Of a DNA stretch of 64,000 nt, positions 26,179 through 36,394 are shown one piece after another; positions within the stretch are counted from its first letter, which is position 1, and every line of letters begins with the position of its first letter. The position numbers and the translations under genes are program-made. The notes under the pieces are model-generated. The model saw only the letters and a list, made by a program, of their open reading frames with translations. It was not told where the DNA came from and did no database searches. Source of the stretch: Muribaculaceae bacterium (GTDB lineage: Bacteria; Bacteroidota; Bacteroidia; Bacteroidales; Muribaculaceae); assembly GCA_022509145.1 (NCBI GenBank), contig JAFLTX010000002.1, forward strand, positions 15,398 through 79,397, given 5' to 3'.

Positions 26179-29100
26179 TTAGAAATTAGCTACCACACCA
26201 AGCGACCAAGTAGTGGAACGCGGATACGGGTTTCCGTCTACACCTGAGAACTCTTCCGGGTCGAGGCCTTTGTATTTCGTGATTACGAAAGGATTCTGCA
26301 CACCCAGGAACAGACGCAGGTTCATGTTGCCCTGGCAGAGGTTGTCGAATGTATATCCAAGCGTGATGTTGTCGCAACGCAGGAACGAAGCGTTTCTCAA
26401 CCAGTAGTCTGAATAGGCAAGGTTGGTGTCGTTTACGTCGAAGTAGAAGTCAGATTCAAGCACGTTGGAGAGCTGGCCGTTACGGGCGATACCGCTGATG
26501 TCAGCTCCGTTGCGGAGTGCCGATGAATAGAGGAAGTTGCCGATCGAGGCTCTCAGCGTGAAGCCGAGGTCCCATTGTTTCCAGCGGAACTGCGAGCCGA
26601 AGGTCATCGTAACTTTCGGGTCTCTTGAATAGCGTACCACCAAGTCTTTGGTATCGATGATACCGTCGCCGTTCTGGTCTACGTATGCGCCCGGCACGGG
26701 GTTGCCGTCAGCGTCATATACTTGCTGCAGAAGGTTGAAAGAATAGATGGGATAGCCTTCTTTCTGAATCATACAGTTGCCACCCGTGCCGCCGATACCG
26801 CCGCCTACGCCGAATTCATGGCCGTTCAGGTTGGTGATTTCGTTGTGGTTCCAGGCTACGTTGTAGTTGAGGGTCCAGGTGAAGTCGGGAGTGATGATCG
26901 GTTTGGCTGCGATGTTGAATTCCACACCGTAGTTCTCCATGTCGCCGATGTTCTGGGGCAGCGTGCTGACGGTAGAAGAACCGGCTGCTACGCCGAGGTA
27001 TGCCAGAAGGTCGCGGGTCTTGCGGTAGTAGTATTCGATGCTACCGGAGATGCGGTTGTTCATAAAGCCGTAGTCGAGACCTACGTTGTAGGTAGTGGTG
27101 GTTTCCCACTTCAGGTTCGGGTTGAAGCCCTGCGGGAACACGGGGATGTAGTAACCGCCCATGCCGTCGGGATAGTACGAACCCGGCTGTGAGCCGTAGT
27201 AGAGCGACATATAGTTGTAGTAGCCGCCCACTGCCTGCTGACCGGTTTCACCCCAGCCGAGACGGAGCTTAAGGTCGTTGAGCCAGCCTCTTGAGCGCTC
27301 CATGAATTCTTCCTGGTCGATGCGCCATGCAAGTGCCACTGCAGGGAACACACCCCAGCGGTTCTCCTTGGAGAAACGTGAAGTTGCGTCGCCGCGGACT
27401 GTGGCGGTGAGCAGATAGCGGTCCATCAAGGTGTAGTTCACACGTCCGAAGAACGAGAGGAGCTGCAGGTGGTTTCTCCAGTGGTAGTCGCCGTCTTTGT
27501 CTACCGGGTCAGCCTCGAAGAGCTGGCCGGCGAGAAGGCGGTCGGGATTGTAGTTGAGAAGATAGCCGCCGTCGCCCTCCACCGGTGCGGAAAGACCGTC
27601 GGAGATGGCGAAGCCCGAGTTGGACGAAGCACCCTTGTTCCAACCGTTGGCTGCGTCGCGCGACCATGTGTAACCGGCCGTTACGTCGAGCATCGATTTG
27701 GCTTTCTCAAATTCCTTCTTGTAGTTGAGGTAGAACTCGAGAAGGGTGTTGCTGCGGAATTGATATTGGTCGTTGCCGTAGGCACCGCCGTAGTTGTCGT
27801 GGTCTTTCCATGCCATGTGGGAGTTGCCGCGAACGCGATAGTAGTCGTCGGAGCGGGTCACGTCGTAACCGAGGTTGAGGTTGGCGTGGAGCTCAGGCAG
27901 GAAGTGGAACGAATAGTCAAACTGGATGTTGCCGTTCGAGCGCCATACGTGAGAGTAGCTCTGAGTCTGCTCGATGGTGGCCACCGGGTTGTAGGTGGCG
28001 TTGTTCTCCAGGTTGGCCTTGCCGCCGGTGGCGGTGAAGGGCTCGTTGTAGCCGTTGTACAGATATGCATACTCGCCGTAAGCCGTACCGCCTATGATGG
28101 GGATATAGTTGTGCACGGGGATGGTCGGGTTGTAAGCCACTGCCTGGTAGATCGCGCCGGTCTGGCCCCATACGTTCTTGAGGTAGTAACCCTTCACGTT
28201 GGTGTTGATCTTCAGATGGTCGTTGAAGAGCGAGGGGTTCAAGGTGATGCCGAGAGTGGCACGGTCCATCGATGAATAGCGCAGGATACCTACGTTGTTG
28301 GTGTAAGAACCGCTGATTCTGTAAGGCACATATTTGCCGAACGAACCGGCTACCGACAGGTTGTAGTCCTGGCTGAAAGCGAGGCGGAAGATGTGGCGCT
28401 GCCAGTTGGTGTCGGTGTTGCCGAGCATTGTGGCCTGCGATGAGTCTTCGCCGAATTTGTTGTAGATGAGATCGCGGTAAGCGTCAGCCTTGAGCACGTT
28501 GCTGTATTTTCTTGCGTGCTCCAGGAAGAAGTTGGCGCTGAACGTCACTTTCGGACGGCCCGAGCTACCCTTCTTAGTGGTGATGATGATCACACCGTTC
28601 GAAGCGCGCGCACCGTAGATGGCGGTGGCGGAGGCATCCTTGAGGATTGTCATGCTTTCGATGGCGTCCGGGTTGATCATCGACAGGGGTGAACCCATAC
28701 CCAGAGGAGTGTCCTGGCTGAGGGGCACACCGTCGAGCACGATCAGCGGGTCGTTGCTGGCCGAGAGTGAGGCGCTACCGCGGATACGGATGTTGGCCGA
28801 GCCGTTCGGGCCACCGTCGGTGGTTACTACCACACCCGGAGTCTGACCTACGAGAAGGTCCTGCACCGAAGTGGCGAGACCGGCCTCTATGTCGTCCGGC
28901 TTTACGATGGCCACGGAGCCCGTGGCATCTTCTTTCTTAACCGTACCGTAACCGATTACCATTACCTCGCTGAGCATCTCGGCGTTCTCTTTCATTACCA
29001 CCGATATCTCAGTGCGGCCGTTTACGGCTACGTCCATGGGGTCATAGCCCACGTAGCTTACCACAAGTGTGGCGTTGGATGGTACGCTCAGTGTGAAGTG

Positions 29101-29295
29101 GCCGTCAAGGTCGGCGGCTGTACCGTTGCTGGTACCTTTCTCCATTACTGTGGCGCCAATGAGGGGATCGCCCAATTCGTCAACTACCGTGCCGTGCACC
29201 GTAATTTTCTGGGCCAATGCCGGAAATGCTGTGAGCATCGTCATTAATAGCAGTGCCCACAACTTCCGATTCAGATGAAAACAGATGTTGTTCAT
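26179..29295 (-). CDS. susC: SusC (starch type)
   Basis: IGYGTVKKEDATGSV, RIRGSASLSASNDPLIV, LKDASATAIYGARASNGVIIITTK, C-terminal Phe. Confidence 0.96.
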   Translation of the reverse strand: MNNICFHLNRKLWALLLMTMLTAFPALAQKITVHGTVVDELGDPLIGATVMEKGTSNGTAADLDGHFTLSVPSNATLVVSYVGYDPMDVAVNGRTEISVVMKENAEMLSEVMVIGYGTVKKEDATGSVAIVKPDDIEAGLATSVQDLLVGQTPGVVVTTDGGPNGSANIRIRGSASLSASNDPLIVLDGVPLSQDTPLGMGSPLSMINPDAIESMTILKDASATAIYGARASNGVIIITTKKGSSGRPKVTFSANFFLEHARKYSNVLKADAYRDLIYNKFGEDSSQATMLGNTDTNWQRHIFRLAFSQDYNLSVAGSFGKYVPYRISGSYTNNVGILRYSSMDRATLGITLNPSLFNDHLKINTNVKGYYLKNVWGQTGAIYQAVAYNPTIPVHNYIPIIGGTAYGEYAYLYNGYNEPFTATGGKANLENNATYNPVATIEQTQSYSHVWRSNGNIQFDYSFHFLPELHANLNLGYDVTRSDDYYRVRGNSHMAWKDHDNYGGAYGNDQYQFRSNTLLEFYLNYKKEFEKAKSMLDVTAGYTWSRDAANGWNKGASSNSGFAISDGLSAPVEGDGGYLLNYNPDRLLAGQLFEADPVDKDGDYHWRNHLQLLSFFGRVNYTLMDRYLLTATVRGDATSRFSKENRWGVFPAVALAWRIDQEEFMERSRGWLNDLKLRLGWGETGQQAVGGYYNYMSLYYGSQPGSYYPDGMGGYYIPVFPQGFNPNLKWETTTTYNVGLDYGFMNNRISGSIEYYYRKTRDLLAYLGVAAGSSTVSTLPQNIGDMENYGVEFNIAAKPIITPDFTWTLNYNVAWNHNEITNLNGHEFGVGGGIGGTGGNCMIQKEGYPIYSFNLLQQVYDADGNPVPGAYVDQNGDGIIDTKDLVVRYSRDPKVTMTFGSQFRWKQWDLGFTLRASIGNFLYSSALRNGADISGIARNGQLSNVLESDFYFDVNDTNLAYSDYWLRNASFLRCDNITLGYTFDNLCQGNMNLRLFLGVQNPFVITKYKGLDPEEFSGVDGNPYPRSTTWSLGVVANF

Positions 29296-29350
29296 GCAAG
29301 AATTTAGTTTAGTTCTACATTGGTATTATTTTTATTTATCTCTTTAAAAG

Positions 29351-29468
29351 CAAGTTATAGCCTGAGTTTTCATGTCCTTATCCTCAGCGTCATCCTCCGG
29401 ATAAGACTGAGGACCATGCCAATTCACCCCGCTTCAGGGGCAACTTGACCTTTGGAAAAGCAAAAATA
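29351..29468 (-). promoter_or_regulatory. Promoter (TATTTTTG, 29461-29468) and structured 5' leader of the starch susC
   Basis: TAnnTTTG box followed by nested inverted repeats (CAAGTT/AACTTG, TCCTCAG/CTGAGGA, CCCC/GGGG). Confidence 0.5.
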
Positions 29469-29597
29469 ATGATATTTTTTAGAATTTTTAATACTTTTTA
29501 CAATTTTTTTAGCTCTTTCTTCAATTTTTGTCAACCCTTCCCTTCTCAAAAGTCTGTAAAAACGGACCCCGCCGACCGAATTTCAAAATGGGGAGCG

Positions 29598-30980
29598 TCA
29601 AACCTTCTCGCCCAGAAGAGTGGCCGAAGATGCCGAAGTGATCTTGACATCGACGAACGTGCCTGGCACGGCATCGGCCTTCGGAAAGACCACCATCTTG
29701 TTTTGCGAGGTGCGGCCGCACATATCGTCGGCGCTGCGCTTCGACCGCCCTTCCACCAGCACCCTCATCGTCTTCCCCACGTCTTTGAGGTTGCTCTTCA
29801 GCGACAGCTCGTTTTGCAGCGCTATCATCCGGTTGAGCCGCTCGATCTTAACCTCCTCCGGCACATCGTCTTCGAGCCTCTCGGCCGCAAACGTGCCCGG
29901 GCGCTCCGAATAGCGGAACATGAACGCCGCGTCGTAGCCCACCTCCTCCATCAGCTCGAGGGTCTGGCGGAAGTCTTCTTCCGTCTCGCCGCAAAAGCCC
30001 GTGAAAAGGTCAGACGTTATCGCCACATCCGGGCAGATCGCCCTCAGTTCGGCCACCCTGTCGAGATACCACTCGCGGGTGTATTTCCTGTTCATCCTCT
30101 TGAGCACGTCGTTGCTGCCGCTCTGCACGGGCAGGTGGATGTGCCGCGCCACGTTGGGATGGCTCAGCATGATGCGCGCCACCTCCGGGTTCATATCTTT
30201 GGGATGGGAGGTGGTGAAGCGTATCCGCATGTCGGGAGCGGCCTCCGCCACCATTTTCAGCAATTCCGGAAACCTCACCGCCGGCTTCCCTTCCTCCTCA
30301 TAAAGGTAGGAGTTCACATTCTGCCCCAGCAGCGTCACCTCGCGAAATCCCCTTCGCCTGAGGTCGGCAAGCTCCGAGAGGATGCTCTTCGGCTCCCGCG
30401 AACGCTCACGACCGCGGGTGTAGGGCACGATGCAATAGGTGCAGAAATTGTTGCAGCCGCGGGTTATCGAGATGAAGCCGCTTATCGAGCCCACACCCGA
30501 GCGCATCGGCATCACGTCGCGATACGTCTCCGTGGTGCTGAGCTCCACATTCACGGCCTTCTCCCCTCTCTCGGCCGCGGCCACGAGAGCCGGAAGGTCG
30601 AGATAGGAGTCCGGGCCCGCCACGAGTGTGGCGCCGTGCTCGTCGATGAGCGTGTCGCGGAGGCGTTCGGCCATGCACCCCGCCACGGCTATCACCCCTG
30701 GCTTACCATATTTCCGCTTGCAAGCATTCCAATACTCGAGCCTGGAATAGATCTTCTGCTCGGCGGCCTCGCGAACGGAGCACGTATTTATCACCACCGC
30801 GTCAGGATGCTCTCCATCCTTCACTTCGGCCTCTGACATGCGGGAATATCCCGCCATCGACATCATCGACGCAATCACCTCAGAATCTGCTACATTCATC
30901 TGGCAACCATACGTCTCTATGCACATTTTTTTATCTCCGGTGCAATTTTTCTGATGTTTTGGCAAAAAAAATGGCTCCAT
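29598..30980 (-). CDS. miaB: tRNA-2-methylthio-N6-dimethylallyladenosine synthase
   Basis: IETYGCQMNVADSE, NTCSVRE, radical-SAM CNNFCTYC, C-terminal TRAM domain. Start codon uncertain. Confidence 0.96.
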   Translation of the reverse strand: MEPFFLPKHQKNCTGDKKMCIETYGCQMNVADSEVIASMMSMAGYSRMSEAEVKDGEHPDAVVINTCSVREAAEQKIYSRLEYWNACKRKYGKPGVIAVAGCMAERLRDTLIDEHGATLVAGPDSYLDLPALVAAAERGEKAVNVELSTTETYRDVMPMRSGVGSISGFISITRGCNNFCTYCIVPYTRGRERSREPKSILSELADLRRRGFREVTLLGQNVNSYLYEEEGKPAVRFPELLKMVAEAAPDMRIRFTTSHPKDMNPEVARIMLSHPNVARHIHLPVQSGSNDVLKRMNRKYTREWYLDRVAELRAICPDVAITSDLFTGFCGETEEDFRQTLELMEEVGYDAAFMFRYSERPGTFAAERLEDDVPEEVKIERLNRMIALQNELSLKSNLKDVGKTMRVLVEGRSKRSADDMCGRTSQNKMVVFPKADAVPGTFVDVKITSASSATLLGEKV

Positions 30981-31103
30981 TTTGCTGAAATATGCGATTA
31001 AAATTGTAATTTTGTGCAAAATTAAGCAGAATTGTGCAATTAACCTACAGCCTGCTTTCCATTATTCCGAGAAATAACCTAAATCTAATATAGATACAAT
31101 ATA

Positions 31104-32600
31104 ATGAGTATCCCGTTCATTACGGCAGAAGAAGCTGCCGCTCAAATCAAAAACGGCGACAATGTCGGCTTTTCGGGCTTCACCGCTTCTGGAACTCCGA
31201 AAATCGTGACTCTCGCGCTTGCTCGCCGCGCTGAAGAACTGCACGCTAAAGGCGAAGAATTTAAAATAAACCTTTTCACGGGGGCTTCGACCAACGACTA
31301 TGTCGACGGCGCTCTGGCTCGCGCCCATGCCGTCAACATCCGCACCCCCTATCAGGGCCATCCCGAAACCAGAGCCCTGGCCAACAACGGCGAGATGCAC
31401 TATTTCGACTGCCATCTCAGCCACATCAGCCAGGACCTCCGCTACGGCTTCTACGGCGACATCGACGTGGCCGTGATCGAGGTTACAGAGATGAGCCCCA
31501 ACGGCGAAGTGATTCTCGGAGCCGGCCTCGGAATGAGCCCCACGCTCGCTATGATGGCCAAGAAGGTGATCATCGAATACTCTTCTTACTATCAGACTTC
31601 CTTCAGAGGCTTCCACGACAACTTCATGCTCGCCGACCCCCCGCACCGTCGCGAAATTCCCATCTATAAGCCCTCCGACCGCATCGGCAGCACCGTGCTG
31701 AAGATCGATCCCGAAAAAATCATCGGTATCGTGCCCTCCAACGAGAGCCAGATCATCCAGCCCTTCACCGAAGCCGACGAGATCACACAGAAAATCAGCG
31801 ACAACGTGTGCCACTTCCTTGCCTCCCAGCTCAAGGCCGGGAAGCTCCCCAAGGAGTTCCTCCCCATCCAGAGCGGTGTGGGCAACGTGGCAAACGCCGT
31901 GCTTTACGGCCTGGGTGCCAACCCCGACATCCCGCGCTTCGAAATGTATACTGAGGTGATCCAGGACGCCGTGATCCATCTCATGGAGCAAGGTTCCTGT
32001 AAGTTCGCCTCCACTTGCGCCCTCACTTTCTCGGAAGACACCATGTTCCATTTTATGGACAACATCGACTTCTTCCGCGACAAGATTCTCATGCGCCCGG
32101 GCGAAATCTCCAACCATCCCGAAGTGGTGCGCCGTCTCGGCCTCATCGCCATGAACACGGCTCTTGAAATGGATATCTACGGCAACGTGAACTCCACCCA
32201 CGTGATGGGCACCAAGATGATGAACGGCATCGGCGGCTCTGCCGACTTCTGCCGCAACGCATACCTCTCCATCTTCTCATGCCCCTCCATCCAGAAGGGC
32301 GGAAAGATCTCTGCAATCGTTCCGATGGTAAGCCATGTGGACCACAGCGAACACTCCGTAAAGATTCTCATCACAGAGCAAGGTGTGGCCGACCTCCGCG
32401 GTCTCGACCCGAAGCAGAGAGCCGAAGTGATTATAGAAAACTGTGCCCACCCGATGTATCGCGAATTGCTCCACGACTACGTGAAGCTCGCCCAGAAGAC
32501 CGGTGGCCACACGCCTCACAACCTCTCGGCCGCTTTCGCGCTCCATCAGGCTTTCCTCGACAAGAAGGATATGCTCCAGGCTGACTTTGGAAAGAAATAA
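31104..32600 (+). CDS. scpC: Succinate CoA-transferase (acetyl-CoA hydrolase/transferase family)
   Basis: FSGFTASG, TGAST, IQSGVGNVANAV, YTEVIQD, MNGIGGSADF, TEQGVADLRG. Confidence 0.9.
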   Translation: MSIPFITAEEAAAQIKNGDNVGFSGFTASGTPKIVTLALARRAEELHAKGEEFKINLFTGASTNDYVDGALARAHAVNIRTPYQGHPETRALANNGEMHYFDCHLSHISQDLRYGFYGDIDVAVIEVTEMSPNGEVILGAGLGMSPTLAMMAKKVIIEYSSYYQTSFRGFHDNFMLADPPHRREIPIYKPSDRIGSTVLKIDPEKIIGIVPSNESQIIQPFTEADEITQKISDNVCHFLASQLKAGKLPKEFLPIQSGVGNVANAVLYGLGANPDIPRFEMYTEVIQDAVIHLMEQGSCKFASTCALTFSEDTMFHFMDNIDFFRDKILMRPGEISNHPEVVRRLGLIAMNTALEMDIYGNVNSTHVMGTKMMNGIGGSADFCRNAYLSIFSCPSIQKGGKISAIVPMVSHVDHSEHSVKILITEQGVADLRGLDPKQRAEVIIENCAHPMYRELLHDYVKLAQKTGGHTPHNLSAAFALHQAFLDKKDMLQADFGKK

Positions 32601-32643
32601 TTTAAAACTTTAAAAGTTTAAACATAGCATCTAAAAACCTTTA

Positions 32644-32673
32644 AACGCCCGGCGATTCGTCTCCGGGCGTTTT
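32644..32673 (+). terminator. Intrinsic terminator
   Basis: AAACGCCCGG...CCGGGCGTTT. Confidence 0.75.
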
Positions 32674-32774
32674 CAGAAATTCAAACCCCGAAACACCTTA
32701 TCTTAATATACCGATCTTAACTTCCGGATTAAATCCCGTCTGATATATAGATCTAAAATCCTAATCTTAATAGA

Positions 32775-33605
32775 ATGAAGAAACTATCTTACCTGGCCGT
32801 TGCCGCCGCCCTCCCCCTCTGTTTCGCTTGTTCGCGTCCCCAATCAAATCAGGACAACGAGGCAGAAGCCGACGAGGCTCCGGCTGCCGAAGTCCCCGCC
32901 GAGCCGGAGGAGGAAGTGGCCGAACCCTTCACCGTGAAGGAATATGAAAAGAAAGTAGGGGAAAACGAACTCGAAATCGACTTCCCGACTTCGGGCTCTC
33001 CCGAGCTCATCGCCGCAATCGGCAGCTGGATCAACAGCTCGCTCACCGGCACCTACCGCGGCAAACCCGACAACGGCGAGGCCCTCTTCCGCCATTACGC
33101 CGTAGCGCTGGGCCAAGATGAAGACCTCAACGAATTCGGCGGATATGCCGTCGACAAATTCGAACTCGGATTTACAAGCTCAAGAGTAGTGACCTACGAC
33201 TACACCTCTTATACTTATGAAGGAGGAGCCCACGGTATGGGCGGCACTTACGGCACCACATTCCTGCGCTCCGACGGCAGAATCTTCTCCCGCTCCTGCA
33301 TCACGTCTTACAAGGCTCTCCACAATCTCTTCGTGGAAGGTCTCAAAAAGACATTCAAGGCCAAGTCGGATTCAGAGCTGCTCGCCAACCTTCTCAACGT
33401 AAGCTCCATCGCCAAGCTTCCGGCCCCGGCGCTCGACCCCTGGATAGAAGAAGAGGGAGTGGTATTCTCTTACACTCCCTATGAGATTGCGCCTTATTCG
33501 GCCGGCTCGCCTCGCGTGGTGATTCCTTTTGCCAAGATTCTCCCCTATCTCACCGAAGAAGGGAAACTCTTCATCACCCCTCAGGAGGCCGACGAATCGA
33601 AGTAG
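32775..33605 (+). CDS. RsiV/DUF3298 family lipoprotein
   Basis: Lipobox CFAC; YEGGAHG, FSYTPYEIAPYSAG. Confidence 0.85.
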   Translation: MKKLSYLAVAAALPLCFACSRPQSNQDNEAEADEAPAAEVPAEPEEEVAEPFTVKEYEKKVGENELEIDFPTSGSPELIAAIGSWINSSLTGTYRGKPDNGEALFRHYAVALGQDEDLNEFGGYAVDKFELGFTSSRVVTYDYTSYTYEGGAHGMGGTYGTTFLRSDGRIFSRSCITSYKALHNLFVEGLKKTFKAKSDSELLANLLNVSSIAKLPAPALDPWIEEEGVVFSYTPYEIAPYSAGSPRVVIPFAKILPYLTEEGKLFITPQEADESK

Positions 33606-34978
33606 GCCTTGTGGATGCCGAACACGAAGTGGTCTCTGCGCAGTATGATTATCACCAGCGCGATGGCCGTGAAGACCGTCCCCAAGATGAAGGGGAAGAT
33701 GGCTGAATGGTCGCGGAAGATGAAGACGAACGCGTTGACGATCACGGGCACCAGCGAGATCCCTATATAGTTTGCTGCCTGCAGAAGGGCAAGCGCCAGT
33801 GTTGACTTCGAGCCCTTGGTCACCAGCTCGGTGGCCTTGGTATAGAAGATCGGTTGCGTCTGTCCGTTACCCAGACCGGCGAGCCCCGCAGCCACTACGT
33901 AGAGCACAAAATCTTTGGTGAAGAGATAGATCAGGAATCCAGCCACTATCGCCGCCGTAGATATAATAAAGGTGTAGCGTCTCAACACGCGCAGAACGGC
34001 CGTCACGAAGATACCGATTATAAACATCGCGAAATAGAACACAGAGGTCACCATCGACACCTTCTCTACGTCCATCCCGTATTCCGGCATCAGGTTGGGC
34101 AGATAGTATGTCTGCAGCGAGCAGGCAAATTCAAAGAAGGCGTAGGCCACCATCAGCCAGATGGTGCGGCCTATGTAGAACCCCCATTTCACGGTCTGGC
34201 CCTGGGTAGAGAATCCGTCGGCATCAATCAGGGGGACCGTCTGGGCCGGCTGACCCTGAGGCTGCGATTGTTGCTGCGACTGAACCGGCTGTGTCTGCCC
34301 TTGGGCTCCCTGAGGCTGCGTGGCAGCTTGGGGCGAAGTTTGTACTGAAGGTTGGGCAGGCTGCACTGCTACACCAGAGTCGGTAGCGCCTTCCAAGAGA
34401 TCTTGCTTCGGTATTTTCTTAAGCCAGGGGAGCAGCAGGAGCGATACCAGCGGGATCAGATACACGATAAACGGGAGATGCCAGTCTTTCGCGGCGAGAA
34501 ACCCCACGGCAAACGTCGCTCCCACCAGGGCGATGTTGCCGATGGCAGAGACGATACCCATCTGCTTGGTGCGGTAAGCACCGGTGAAGACGTCGGCAAT
34601 CAGGCCGGTGGCGAAAGGCAATATCAATCCGCAACCCGCCCCGAGCAGACAGCTCAGCCATATAAGGATGGTGAGGCTGCTCACGAAGAGCGACAACGCC
34701 CCCGACAGCGCATAGCAGATGATACCCGTCACTATAAGCGCTATCTTGTGGGTCGTCTCCGACAGCTTGCCGGAGAGAAGCACAAACGGGATGATGATGA
34801 GATTGGGCAGTACGGTGAGTAGCTGTATCTTAAAGTCCGTTACGTCTTTGAAGATTGTGTGCAGTTTCCCTTCGATGGGTGTCACTGCCAGCCCCGGCAG
34901 GTCTACTGCGAGGGAGAGAGACCAGATGGCGAGCACCACCATCAGCGTCACTGGGCCTTTTCCGGTTTTTATCTGCAT
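33581..34978 (-). CDS. MFS transporter with a Q/P-rich central loop
   Basis: Two bundles of hydrophobic helices and SGKLSE loop; overlaps the convergent gene by 25 bp. Confidence 0.9.
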   Translation of the reverse strand: MQIKTGKGPVTLMVVLAIWSLSLAVDLPGLAVTPIEGKLHTIFKDVTDFKIQLLTVLPNLIIIPFVLLSGKLSETTHKIALIVTGIICYALSGALSLFVSSLTILIWLSCLLGAGCGLILPFATGLIADVFTGAYRTKQMGIVSAIGNIALVGATFAVGFLAAKDWHLPFIVYLIPLVSLLLLPWLKKIPKQDLLEGATDSGVAVQPAQPSVQTSPQAATQPQGAQGQTQPVQSQQQSQPQGQPAQTVPLIDADGFSTQGQTVKWGFYIGRTIWLMVAYAFFEFACSLQTYYLPNLMPEYGMDVEKVSMVTSVFYFAMFIIGIFVTAVLRVLRRYTFIISTAAIVAGFLIYLFTKDFVLYVVAAGLAGLGNGQTQPIFYTKATELVTKGSKSTLALALLQAANYIGISLVPVIVNAFVFIFRDHSAIFPFILGTVFTAIALVIIILRRDHFVFGIHKAYFDSSAS

Positions 34979-35151
34979 AGTATCAATAGATTTCTGGTTT
35001 CTTTGCGGGAGAGATTTTATTCAGCGAGAGTGTTATTCTTTGGGAGAGGTTTATTCTTTATGCTTTGGAGAGTTTCTCTTGGTTTCTTTCAGCAGTTGGT
35101 TTATCGGTCTCGTCAGGGAGCTTTTTGAGGATTCCGGGTTGCTCCTCTTTT

Positions 35152-35922
35152 TTATTTAGGCGAGATTGTAAAGGTGAGCGTGCCGCTTACGGGCGCGGCT
35201 CCGGCTTTCGGGGTCCATTTTGAACGCAGGGCCATCTTCTCGCATTGGGCGCGGAGATTGGGCGTGCCGCCGGAGGTTGCCTTGGCCGAGGTCACATTTC
35301 CGTCGGCGTCGACCGTTACCGACACCTGCACCGTTGTCTTCTGCGAGAGGTTGAGTTTCCACGTGGGGCAGCTCAGAAGGGTGCGGCCGTTGATGCTGCC
35401 CTTCATCGAGATGCCGTTGCCGCCGGGACCGCTGTTGGCGCTGTCAGTGCCGGTGCGCGACCCGTTGTTGTCTGTCTTGAATTTCCCTTCCATCGAGGCC
35501 ACACGCTTCTCTTCTTCCGTCATCACCTTCGGCGTGGAGGTGGTCACGTCGCTCGGCTTCGGGGTGCTCACCAGCTTCGGCTTCGACGTCGTGGGCTCTT
35601 TTTGGGGAGGTTCGGGGTTGTTAACCACCCTTTCGGGCTGCTCTTCCTCGGCGGGATCGGGCTCGCCGTCGGGCTGCGGAGCCGCTTCGTCTATTATCTC
35701 GGCGTCTTCGCTGCCGGGAGTGTCGAGCACAAGCAGCTCAGGGTCGAGATATATCTCCTCGTCGTCTTGAATTTCGGGTATCGAGCTTTCTGCCAGCGCG
35801 CGCCGGTCGTCGCCGATGGTCATAAAGAAGAGGAGCAGAAGAACCACCAGCGCCACTCCGAAAGTTACGGAGGCCGCGATTATGTTGGCTTTGCGCTGAC
35901 GGGGATCTTCAGGTAGTTTCAT
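35152..35922 (-). CDS. tonB: TonB-family energy transducer
   Basis: N-terminal TM, P/E/K-rich linker, C-terminal VSVTVDADGNVTSA domain; follows exbBD. Confidence 0.8.
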   Translation of the reverse strand: MKLPEDPRQRKANIIAASVTFGVALVVLLLLFFMTIGDDRRALAESSIPEIQDDEEIYLDPELLVLDTPGSEDAEIIDEAAPQPDGEPDPAEEEQPERVVNNPEPPQKEPTTSKPKLVSTPKPSDVTTSTPKVMTEEEKRVASMEGKFKTDNNGSRTGTDSANSGPGGNGISMKGSINGRTLLSCPTWKLNLSQKTTVQVSVTVDADGNVTSAKATSGGTPNLRAQCEKMALRSKWTPKAGAAPVSGTLTFTISPK

Positions 35923-35941
35923 TTTCCGGAATCGGGGGAGG

Positions 35942-36388
35942 TTATTTGTCTGAGGCGTTTGACGCACGGGTGGCAAGCACCATCTTTATATTCTGTTTGG
36001 CTGCCGCGTCGAGAATTTCCACCACCTTGCCATATTCCACACGGCTGTCGGCGTAGAGAGCCACTGTGCGCAGCGAATCGGCCTCCCTGATGGCGCCCAG
36101 CTTCTCGCCCAGCGCCTCGAGGGGCACTTCGCGCGGGTAAGCTTTCTCGAGATTGACGGTATCCGTGCGGTCTTCCACTATGGAGATGCGGTTGAGCGAG
36201 TCGAGATAGACTTCGGTCACGGGCCGCTGGTTCACCTGGTTGGTGCTCGAGGGGAGATTCACGTCTACTGCCGAGGGGAATATAAACGATGAGGTCACCA
36301 TAAAGAAGATCAACAGCAGGAAGATGACGTCGGTCATCGACGACATTGAAAACAAAGCCAGCGGCTCAAAGGGTCGTTTCAGTGCCAT
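35942..36388 (-). CDS. exbD: Biopolymer transporter ExbD
   Basis: SSMTDVIFLLLIFFMV. Confidence 0.93.
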   Translation of the reverse strand: MALKRPFEPLALFSMSSMTDVIFLLLIFFMVTSSFIFPSAVDVNLPSSTNQVNQRPVTEVYLDSLNRISIVEDRTDTVNLEKAYPREVPLEALGEKLGAIREADSLRTVALYADSRVEYGKVVEILDAAAKQNIKMVLATRASNASDK

Positions 36389-36394
36389 GCCTCG

